DNA of 64,000 nucleotides from a virus: positions 1-64,000 of the IMG/VR virus record IMGVR_UViG_3300042561_001059; one strand, written 5' to 3'. A program made the translations under genes and the position numbers. The notes beneath the pieces were generated by a model, which saw nothing but the letters and a program-made list of their open reading frames with translations, was not told the DNA's origin and made no database searches. This document shows, one piece after another, positions 46,903 to 54,650 of the stretch (within the stretch, counting starts at the first letter, position 1; every line of letters begins with the position of its first letter).

Positions 46903-47502
46903 CTAGTTCTCAACTGTTTCAACAAGGTCCCACTGTTGTGCTTCTTCGTTCCATTCATATTCACCAGTCTCAACTGGTTTAGCAACAGGTGCTTCCCATT
47001 TACCAGTCATTGCAACCTGGATCCAACTTGGATAAGGTTGGGTTGCATCTGAAAGTTGCGGCCAGACTGGATATTCAGGCCCGGTGATAAATGCTGCTAA
47101 CTCGTCGGTTGTCGTCGTTGCTTCAATAGCCGTAATTTTGGTGGTACATGCAAGCCGAATTGCTTGACGCCAATTCTTTGTTTCTGTATCTATTGCAATT
47201 CCTTCGTCAACTTGCCTGACGATCATCCAATCGGTTGGCAACAAAAGAGTGTATGCAGTTTGATTTGTGTTTTGGTCCCAAGTGGAAACCAATTGTGTGT
47301 GATCTTTCGGAATTAAGTGCCCTTCCGAATCGTACCCCCAATAGAACCTTTGGTCCCAAGTCGGGGGATCTGGAACTTCTTGAATGCCAATAGCTTGTTT
47401 TTCTTCCCAAGTACTAAGCTTTAGCCAATTGGCAGGATAATTAATGCCATTATGACTAAAAGCTGAGTCGGGCGCCAAGGGCCTACCATCTAAAACAAAC
47501 AT
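46903..47502 (-). CDS. tail fibre assembly/chaperone-like protein
   Basis: YPANWL, DQRFYWG, LLPTDWMIVR, WRQAIR motifs; downstream of the tail fibres. Confidence 0.6.
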   Translation of the reverse strand: MFVLDGRPLAPDSAFSHNGINYPANWLKLSTWEEKQAIGIQEVPDPPTWDQRFYWGYDSEGHLIPKDHTQLVSTWDQNTNQTAYTLLLPTDWMIVRQVDEGIAIDTETKNWRQAIRLACTTKITAIEATTTTDELAAFITGPEYPVWPQLSDATQPYPSWIQVAMTGKWEAPVAKPVETGEYEWNEEAQQWDLVETVEN

Positions 47503-47543
47503 TGCTTTTCTATTCTGTATATTTATTTTAACCTAGTTTCTTA

Positions 47544-47572
47544 TTGACTTCATCTCTAACAGCTATTAAAAT
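47544..47572 (+). promoter_or_regulatory. sigma70-type promoter of the recombinase
   Basis: TTGACT-N17-TAAAAT, 23 nt before ATG. Confidence 0.55.
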
Positions 47573-47595
47573 TTTGACACTTAATATTTCAAACT

Positions 47596-48450
47596 ATGTC
47601 AACTTCGATCCAAGAAGCCTGGGCCAACTTTAAAACAGAGCGCTCAATCGTCCTTTGCCCTACAAGTTTAACTTCTGATTATGTGGTGGTTGACAAGTGG
47701 TTAAAAAAATGTCCGATAACTGATCTTACTCAAGGAAGACAATTAATGACCTGGGTGCTCCAGCAGAAGCCAACCAAAACAAGTAGGCGAGTGGCTATGT
47801 ATGTCAAAAGCCTTTATCGATGGGCAACCAACGAAGATATTGCATTGGTAGAAAGAAATCCAATTTTGTCTTTTAAAATGCCCAAGGCGCCCCAGGAGGA
47901 TGAAGAAATTATTGTCATTCCTCGTAATGAGGTTTCAATTGTTATTTCAGCCCTGGAAGGAAAGTTAAGAAAACCTAAATACAATTGGGCCTTCTATTCA
48001 GAATTCATGCTGCAAACTGCCATGAGAACTGGTGAAGTAAGAGCGTTGCGCTGGGAGGACATTAAAGACAACAAGATTCTTGTCCATTCAAACTACACTC
48101 TTACTCATGGACACAAAGATTCAACAAAAACAAATCGTAAACGATGGGTTCCTCTCAACCAGCGTTGCCAAGAAATCCTAGACAAAACACCAAGAGAAGA
48201 TTCCTACATCTTTCCTTACAACAGATATGCATTTCAAAGTTATTTTTACGATCGCATGAAAGAGTTAAAGAAAGAAAACGTAATTACACATCGTTATCGT
48301 CCTTATGATTTAAGGCATACCGCAATCTCTCGTTGGATTGAATCACAAATTCCTGTTGCGCAAGTTGCTTCATGGGCTGGCAACAGCTCAGAAGTTATTT
48401 GGAAACATTATTGCAATGTGACCCAGGAATACGAAATGCCTGTTCTTTAG
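47596..48450 (+). CDS. tyrosine recombinase (Xer-sized, no arm-binding domain apparent)
   Basis: TAMRTGE (R), STKT (K), YDLRHT, AGNS, KHY (Y); 284 aa. Confidence 0.9.
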   Translation: MSTSIQEAWANFKTERSIVLCPTSLTSDYVVVDKWLKKCPITDLTQGRQLMTWVLQQKPTKTSRRVAMYVKSLYRWATNEDIALVERNPILSFKMPKAPQEDEEIIVIPRNEVSIVISALEGKLRKPKYNWAFYSEFMLQTAMRTGEVRALRWEDIKDNKILVHSNYTLTHGHKDSTKTNRKRWVPLNQRCQEILDKTPREDSYIFPYNRYAFQSYFYDRMKELKKENVITHRYRPYDLRHTAISRWIESQIPVAQVASWAGNSSEVIWKHYCNVTQEYEMPVL

Positions 48451-48459
48451 TGGAAGCGA

Positions 48460-48612
48460 CTACTGGGCTTTACCAGCAAGCGCCATTGCTCGGTTTTCTT
48501 CGTCTTTGACTGCTTGTCGGATCTGGCAAAGCACATGCTCTTCAGCCTTGGCGTTGCCGGAATCAATGGCAATCAAAAGCCTGATACAGAGTGAACGGTA
48601 ATCAGCAGGCAT
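48460..48612 (-). CDS. 50-aa cassette ORF bounded by two sites
   Basis: MPADYRSLCIRLL...AGKAQ*; its stop codon is an arm of site 48448-48462. Confidence 0.55.
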   Translation of the reverse strand: MPADYRSLCIRLLIAIDSGNAKAEEHVLCQIRQAVKDEENRAMALAGKAQ

Positions 48613-48626
48613 AAAAGTTGGAATGA

Positions 48627-48854
48627 CTACTGGGCTTCAAGCTCGGTGGCGATGGCGAGGAGTTCTTCGCGAGTGTCTTGCTGAGCGATCCAAGTTGCCT
48701 CTTCCCAGTTATCCGCGTCCATGGGCTTCCGACGCTGCGGCACCACCTCATCCGCAACAGCTCGCAGGGCGGCGGCAATCTCGTCAGCAGGTGCAGGGCA
48801 GATTTCACGCACAGCATCCAACACCGCCTGCGCGGCGGGGGAGAGGTCAGTCAT
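48627..48854 (-). CDS. hypothetical protein (MTDLSPAAQAVLDA type)
   Basis: high GC; ends ELEAQ* in site 48615-48629. Confidence 0.6.
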   Translation of the reverse strand: MTDLSPAAQAVLDAVREICPAPADEIAAALRAVADEVVPQRRKPMDADNWEEATWIAQQDTREELLAIATELEAQ

Positions 48855-49200
48855 TGATCTGCTCAAGGGCACGGAGAAGGATGTTGTAGTGAGCTGCGTC
48901 CAGTTCAGCATCTTCCAGCACTGCGATGGCCTGCTCCTTCAAGCTCTGCGGCTTGGGGCGGCGGGCGGCGCGGAGTTGCCGAGATTCACCAGACCAGCCT
49001 TCTTTATCCAGCCACTCACAGCACGCCTCCAGCTCCTGGTCGGCAGCGGCCTGGATTTCAGGTTCGCGTCGCCACCAACCCCATTGGGCAGCGCAACGGG
49101 CAATGTGATGAGCATATGGAATCGAACGATCGTCATACGCTGTGGTTTCCCACTGATGCACCAGCTCTGGCGGCGGGGTGGTGGGGTGTTGGTTAGTCAT
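48847..49200 (-). CDS. hypothetical protein, paralogue of 49193-49528
   Basis: HPTTPPPELV..DQELEAC..RRPKPQSLKEQA. Confidence 0.6.
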   Translation of the reverse strand: MTNQHPTTPPPELVHQWETTAYDDRSIPYAHHIARCAAQWGWWRREPEIQAAADQELEACCEWLDKEGWSGESRQLRAARRPKPQSLKEQAIAVLEDAELDAAHYNILLRALEQIND

Positions 49201-49528
49201 CGAGTTGCTCCAGGGCGAGGCCAATGATCTGAACGGCTTCAGTTGTGTCCATCTGAGATGCAGTGGCATCATCCAAATGCTCTAGCGCAGCCAGCGCCTG
49301 CTCCTTTAAGGTCAGCGGTTTAGGGCGACGGGTTTTGCGCAGGTCACGAGCCAGACTTTCGCCTTCGTGGAACTTAACGAACGTCACGCACGCCTCCAGC
49401 TCCTGGTCGGAACCCCATTGAGCAATAGAGGCAAAGACATCCGCGATGCCATGAGGCTCGACAAGCGAAGCCCATGCTCGTACCAGCTCTTCTGGTGGCG
49501 TGATCGGGTGCTTGTAATCTTGGGTCAT
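49193..49528 (-). CDS. hypothetical protein, paralogue of 48847-49200
   Basis: HPITPPEELV..DQELEAC..RRPKPLTLKEQA. Confidence 0.6.
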   Translation of the reverse strand: MTQDYKHPITPPEELVRAWASLVEPHGIADVFASIAQWGSDQELEACVTFVKFHEGESLARDLRKTRRPKPLTLKEQALAALEHLDDATASQMDTTEAVQIIGLALEQLDD

Positions 49529-49734
49529 CGTCGATCCTCCAATCGGCGGTCACAGGGGCAGGGTGTTAGCGCACCGCTGCTCCACCACCTTACCACCCTG
49601 CCAAGCCAGCTAACACGTCCAGCACCACGTGTTAAGAAATTGGCGTTTTGTTAACTTCAGGGGCTTGTATTGTCAACCCTATTGTCAACCTCGTCATCGT
49701 GCGCGGGCAGTAGAAGGCTTGTTCTCTAGTGGGG

Positions 49735-52700
49735 TCAGCGGGCGCGGGCGTATTGGAAGGGCGATTCGGCGAAGGCGGCGTAAATAAAAGTTGCTCCAGA
49801 TGCGTTGACGCGAGTGTCTGATGAGCGAGCTTTAAATCCATTGGAAACAATGTCAAAAGGCCATATATCTGCATCCGCCTGCGAGGAATTGAATAGCAGG
49901 TCGTTGCCTGCTGTGTTGTACGGACTCCGCGCAGCGTCGTAAACACGCCAATCGCCGGTTGAGTCGGACCTCTTGATAAAGAAATACCTCGGCCTAAACC
50001 CGGTGTACACAAACGGCCCATCCGCGCTGCCGTTGCCGGTGTAGCTGCCGAAACTAGAGTACCCGGCTACTGGGGTAAAACAGTAGCAAATATGGTCAAA
50101 GCTGTTGCCCCACCATGAGAGATCACCTCCTGTAAATACTGTTGATGTTGGTTCTGTGTTGTTCCAAGGGTATGTTTGCGTGTCTGCAGCGTTTGTCAGG
50201 TTTAACCGCAGGAATTTTGTAGCTCCTAGTGCAGAGTGGTAAACAGACCATGCGCCGCCAGCCCCTGTCGCCTTGTCGATAATCAGAGCCGGTTTGGCGC
50301 CCAAACCATGCCCCACGGTGAACGGTGATGACGTTCCCGTGTTGAACTTGACAATTGAAAATCCCGCCGTCGTGTTGGCCCTGACACTAGAAGTGATGGA
50401 GCCTTGTGTGTTCGTGACGGTGGAGCTTCCGGCGTCCCAGGTCCAGGCGACGTAGGTATTACCAGAAGCATTGACGTCACCGTCAGGATTAGAGCCCAAG
50501 GAAAACCCGCCTGAATCAAAAGACGTAAGGGAGTTGGTAAATGTCGCTTCTGCGCTTGTAGTGCTGCTGGCTAAGCGCTGTGTGGCACCTCTAACAATGT
50601 CATAAAGGGAATGGTTGCCAGTAGTATTTCTGACCTTTGCCCACACCAAATCAGGGCTAAACGCAAGCCCGGTGATGTTTTGTGTTGCCCCTGTGCCCGT
50701 ATACAGCTTCACGTCCATCACCGTATTAGGCTTTGTGACTAATGGCGCGGGCAAGTTTGTCGTGCAGAGCGCTTTGAAGCCGCTGGGGGCCGTGTAGGCG
50801 AAGGGGCGGGCACCTGCGTTAAAGACCGCACTTGTGCTGCCACCATTTCCTGTGGCGAACGTATACGGCCCGTTTGTTAGACCCGAATACGCCTGCCCTT
50901 GACTCGCGCCGTTTTTGTAAAAAGTAAGTGTTCCAGCGTCGGCATCAAAAGCAACACCGATAACATCGTTTGTAGTGTATGAGGCGCCGTAAGATGTTGC
51001 GCTGTTATTTGTGTACTTGTTCCCGTTGTCTGCGTAGTAACCCCAGCTATCAGCGTTGCCACCGATAAAAGTTGTTGCAACCGTGCCCGCGGCTCGCTGT
51101 AAGCCGAACATATTAGAGACGCTAGTGGCCGTAAATTCGCAGTACCATTTGCCACTGCTAATAGCGATAGTGCTCTGAGCGATGACCGACCCAGTGCTAG
51201 TGGCGGTCCAGTCGAGGTTTCCGTTGCTCAACGTGCAGTTGGCTTGCTTGCTGAGGGGATTGAGCGTCGCATAATTCCCCCTAACCTCACCCCCCACGCC
51301 CGTATCCGTCTGCGCCCCATTAGTGGGAACGTCTACGAGGGAATCGTTAGCCGCTGCAACCGAGCCGATAACGGTGGAACTGGGCGGGTTGAAATTGCCG
51401 GTGTACTTAGCTGCACCTACATACACACGGAAATCCTGCAGCGAACCATTGAAGTTTTGAGCTGCACCGCCATCAGTGGCGCCAATACGAATGGTAATTG
51501 AGCCTGAATCTCCGACGCTGCTTGCACTGCTGTAGGTGGATGTTTGCAGACCATTGATGTACATCGCCCAGGATGAGCCAGATCTCACAACAGCGAAGTG
51601 GCTCCACGCTCCTTGGGTCAGGTTTGTGTTTGAGCTAAGGATTGCTGAGCCGCCGCCAATTGAGTTCACAAACCAACCAAGAATTGTGTTGGCGCCTTGG
51701 CCGCAGGTCAGGTTGTAACGCCCAGCTTGCCATGTATCAGTGTTGCTGAAGATTGAACCGCCGGTTGAAGCGTTTGGATAAATCCAGCCTTCAATCGTAA
51801 AGTCAGATGAGCCAAAAACTATGTCATGCGTACCTGCAATACTCAGGAAATCGCCTGAGCCATCAAGCAAACCGCTGCTGCCATAAAACTTGCTTAGCCC
51901 GGTATTGGTCTTGGCATTACCGTTTGCCGTTACCGTTTTGGCGCTTCCACTGCCTTTGATCGTTGCGCTCTCGTCGGTAAATGTAGTCCCGTTATTAGCG
52001 CCATCCATTGGAAGCGCTAGACGAATCGAGCTGCTGTTGCTGTCTGTGCGGGTGCCGGTGCCTTTGGTTGTGCCGTAGGTGTCGGTGGTGTTGTAGATCG
52101 GCAGCGCACCAGATGCTGCAGCAACGGAAGTTGGGCCACCAGTGTTAATGCTGACGTTAAACGGGGTCCAGTTGTTCCCGTTGCCACTAGTGTCCTTCCC
52201 TAATGTGGTCGCGGTATTGCTGCTGTTGTCCGCGAACTCCAGATGCCAGCCTTGCGAGCCGTAGCTGCCGGTGTACGCCTTGGGGATAAGCTGGCCGGTA
52301 GTGGCGTCGGTTTCGGTGAAGCTGCTGGGGGTCAGCGCTTGGCCGTCGATGAAGTAGATGTCGGCTAGGTAGCCGGGGAAGAAGTTAGAAGAATTGAAAG
52401 TGTTTCTTCCAATATTGTGTGAAAGGGTAGAGTTTACGGCTGTATCTAAATTCAGTGTTGGAGCTGCGTTCGTGTCAAAGACGGTAATCTCTTCTCCGTT
52501 GACGTACATTTTTACTCTATTAGATGCGGTCGCCTGTGTGGTATCTACTGCAACCATTACATGATACCAAGCGGAAACATCCCTATAAACAGCAGTTGTA
52601 CGCCTTAGCTCAGCCGATCCAGTGCCGCATGAAAATTTATCGTTGGTAAAAGAAACCTGAAAATAGGTTCCTTCCGCCAAAGACGTTCCAACAATAAATA

Positions 52701-52908
52701 GTGCGTGCTCTCCTGATGCTTGGAGCCCACTCCGCTTCACCCATCCCGCCCAGGTCCAGGTGGTGCGGTTGCCCGCAGATGCGGGGGTGCGGGACAAGTA
52801 GGCACTGTCACTACTATTGAATCTGAGACTTCTGGAAATAGAGTATCCTCCAGCACCGCCTCCTTGTCCAGACGCGCCAATAAGACCGTTGTTGTGGAAG
52901 ATACTCAT
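49735..52908 (-). CDS. tail fibre / receptor-binding protein with ConA/LamG and SPRY-like modules
   Basis: SLRFNSSDSAYLSR, two LamG-like blocks (WYHVMVAVD, WSHFAVVR), SPRY-like GKWYCE..IGVAFDADAG; ends FAESPFQYARAR; elevated GC. Confidence 0.8.
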   Translation of the reverse strand: MSIFHNNGLIGASGQGGGAGGYSISRSLRFNSSDSAYLSRTPASAGNRTTWTWAGWVKRSGLQASGEHALFIVGTSLAEGTYFQVSFTNDKFSCGTGSAELRRTTAVYRDVSAWYHVMVAVDTTQATASNRVKMYVNGEEITVFDTNAAPTLNLDTAVNSTLSHNIGRNTFNSSNFFPGYLADIYFIDGQALTPSSFTETDATTGQLIPKAYTGSYGSQGWHLEFADNSSNTATTLGKDTSGNGNNWTPFNVSINTGGPTSVAAASGALPIYNTTDTYGTTKGTGTRTDSNSSSIRLALPMDGANNGTTFTDESATIKGSGSAKTVTANGNAKTNTGLSKFYGSSGLLDGSGDFLSIAGTHDIVFGSSDFTIEGWIYPNASTGGSIFSNTDTWQAGRYNLTCGQGANTILGWFVNSIGGGSAILSSNTNLTQGAWSHFAVVRSGSSWAMYINGLQTSTYSSASSVGDSGSITIRIGATDGGAAQNFNGSLQDFRVYVGAAKYTGNFNPPSSTVIGSVAAANDSLVDVPTNGAQTDTGVGGEVRGNYATLNPLSKQANCTLSNGNLDWTATSTGSVIAQSTIAISSGKWYCEFTATSVSNMFGLQRAAGTVATTFIGGNADSWGYYADNGNKYTNNSATSYGASYTTNDVIGVAFDADAGTLTFYKNGASQGQAYSGLTNGPYTFATGNGGSTSAVFNAGARPFAYTAPSGFKALCTTNLPAPLVTKPNTVMDVKLYTGTGATQNITGLAFSPDLVWAKVRNTTGNHSLYDIVRGATQRLASSTTSAEATFTNSLTSFDSGGFSLGSNPDGDVNASGNTYVAWTWDAGSSTVTNTQGSITSSVRANTTAGFSIVKFNTGTSSPFTVGHGLGAKPALIIDKATGAGGAWSVYHSALGATKFLRLNLTNAADTQTYPWNNTEPTSTVFTGGDLSWWGNSFDHICYCFTPVAGYSSFGSYTGNGSADGPFVYTGFRPRYFFIKRSDSTGDWRVYDAARSPYNTAGNDLLFNSSQADADIWPFDIVSNGFKARSSDTRVNASGATFIYAAFAESPFQYARAR

Positions 52909-52914
52909 TTCAAA

Positions 52915-53223
52915 TCACCAAGGAACGCCTGCTGCTTTGCTGGGACGACGCTGTTCTTCAAGTTGTGACTGAAGTGCGTCTTCAATTTCAGCCACTTTTT
53001 CGTCGCCAAATTTTTCTTTCACCCAACCAATGACCATGTCTTCGGTCAGATTGGCGAAAGAAACCATAGGAGTTTCAGGGCGCTCCAGGCCAATGGAGCC
53101 ATAAGCACCAGCGGAGTAGGTATCGTCTTTGGCGTCGACGGTGTAGTGGACGGTAAACACATAACCGTCACTGGTTTCGCGCTCAAGCTGAGCAACTTTC
53201 CAGGTAAAAGCAGTAGTCGTCAT
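52915..53223 (-). CDS. tail-fibre-associated small protein
   Basis: WKVAQLER..VFTVHY..LTEDMVIGWVK..GVPW. Confidence 0.6.
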   Translation of the reverse strand: MTTTAFTWKVAQLERETSDGYVFTVHYTVDAKDDTYSAGAYGSIGLERPETPMVSFANLTEDMVIGWVKEKFGDEKVAEIEDALQSQLEEQRRPSKAAGVPW

Positions 53224-54614
53224 GAGTAGTTGGCAGTAAAGACCGTGTGGATAGACGTGGAACTACGAACAATATAGTCCACCCTATCTACAGCGTTGGC
53301 AGCGGTACTTAGCGTGGGCGCCGTGCCACCAGGGAAGTCCCAGTAAGAACCCCAAGAAGCTGTCCTACCACCAGTTCCATCTTGAACGAGGAAGATACTT
53401 CCGCTTTGACCGGCGGTAATATTCGTGGGGTTTGCGATTGTACGTGCTCCACCCAATGTGACTGTAAAGTTACAATCTGCTGCTAAATCGGGGGTTATCG
53501 TTGCGCCATCGGTCAGTGTACCAATGACAGCAACAGCGCCATTTTGAATAGTGACAACACCATTCTGTGCAATCCTCATCCTTTCTGTTGGAGAAGAAGC
53601 GCCGTCAGCAGTAGTGGAGAACACTAGTCTGCCCGGCATATCGTTAGTGCCGGGGGTGCCGTCTACACGGCATTCAATAAGTGCAGCTCGGATGTAACCA
53701 GTTCCGTCCGCACCCGCAAATCGAATATCTCCAAGGAAATCACCATCTACAACGGAAGCAAATCCACCCGCCGTTGTTGAGCGTGTCTTTTTAAAATAAA
53801 CTGCGCCAGCAAAAGCGTCATTTGAAAAATGCCCAAAGTCCGCTGTGTAATAGTTGCTGCTGTTGGTTGTTACTTGAAGCCTTGCATCTCCTTGACCATT
53901 GGTAACGCTACTAGACGTGCCAACTAAGAGCCTGCCGGAGTTGTCGATGCGGGCGCGTTCTGATGCGGCGTTAGCCCCTCCGGTATGGATAGCAAGTGCT
54001 CCGTTGCTTCCCGAAGGTACAAGCAGTTTGGCATAATTAGAGCCCGTGATATTAAAGTTAAACGCTCTGGCTGAGTCCGCTGCTGCACCAGGGTCAAATT
54101 CAATAGTTCCCCCAACCACATCAAGGCGCCCTACAGGGCTCGTAGTGCCAATCCCTAGTCGGTTATTGGTCGCATCAAAGAAGACGCCACTTGACCCGCC
54201 AAGCTGAATATCACCGTCCGCTTGTATCTCTAGTCTCTTGGTCCCATTAGTTGAGATGGCTACTTGGTCAGCGCCTGGAGAGTAAAGACCGGTGTTGGAA
54301 TCGCCGGTAAATGAAATCGAAGGGCTTGCTGCTGAACCAGCCGCAAAAACACCAGAAGTAATGGTATATGTGCCGCCACTGATATTGGTAAAGTTACCGC
54401 TCGTAAAGGTTGCCGTGGTGCCAGTTACGGTAATACCGCTAACAGTTGTAAATGCTCCAACGGTTCCGGTAACTGTTACGCCGGAAATAGTTCCGGTACA
54501 AGTTACGTTTCCACTAAATGTTGGGTTTTGAACTAATCCAGAAATCTGAATGCTTTTGTCGACACCAGCATCTGTAAATGTGATGGTATCAACTTTAATA
54601 ATTCCGTACGGCAT
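53220..54614 (-). CDS. tail fibre protein
   Basis: PSISFTGDSNTGLYSPGADQ, LGIGTTSP, ERARIDNSGRLLVGT, DMPGRLVFSTT; C-terminal GQSGSIFLVQDGTG..APTLST. Confidence 0.8.
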   Translation of the reverse strand: MPYGIIKVDTITFTDAGVDKSIQISGLVQNPTFSGNVTCTGTISGVTVTGTVGAFTTVSGITVTGTTATFTSGNFTNISGGTYTITSGVFAAGSAASPSISFTGDSNTGLYSPGADQVAISTNGTKRLEIQADGDIQLGGSSGVFFDATNNRLGIGTTSPVGRLDVVGGTIEFDPGAAADSARAFNFNITGSNYAKLLVPSGSNGALAIHTGGANAASERARIDNSGRLLVGTSSSVTNGQGDARLQVTTNSSNYYTADFGHFSNDAFAGAVYFKKTRSTTAGGFASVVDGDFLGDIRFAGADGTGYIRAALIECRVDGTPGTNDMPGRLVFSTTADGASSPTERMRIAQNGVVTIQNGAVAVIGTLTDGATITPDLAADCNFTVTLGGARTIANPTNITAGQSGSIFLVQDGTGGRTASWGSYWDFPGGTAPTLSTAANAVDRVDYIVRSSTSIHTVFTANYS

Positions 54615-54650
54615 GGCAGTTCTTTTTCTTTTATTATTTTACTTTAAGTA

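Larger units (their letters stand above)
48448..54262. repeat. dispersed palindromic TAG-N9-CTA sites (candidate recombination sites)
   Basis: exact copies start at 48448, 50055, 50559, 51035, 51321, 52188, 52799, 53612, 53912, 54143, 54248; variant AAG-N9-CTA at 48615. Confidence 0.65.

Noticed and set aside
47596-48450. Recombinase as a lysogeny integrase marking a prophage boundary
   Set aside because: Phage genes continue on both sides; no adjacent repressor, attP-like tRNA fragment or host genes seen. Cannot be fully excluded.
48721-49227. 168-aa plus-strand ORF and other overlapping ORFs in the GC-rich block
   Set aside because: Shadows of the coupled minus-strand paralogous ORFs, expected at high GC.
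50388-50754. Partial sites TAG-N9-AGC (50388) and TAA-N9-CAA (50740)
   Set aside because: They lie at plausible module junctions but are too degenerate to count without comparative data.
49735-54614. Diversity-generating retroelement or classical invertible shufflon
   Set aside because: No reverse transcriptase, no TR/VR pair and no inverted silent fibre C-termini in the window.
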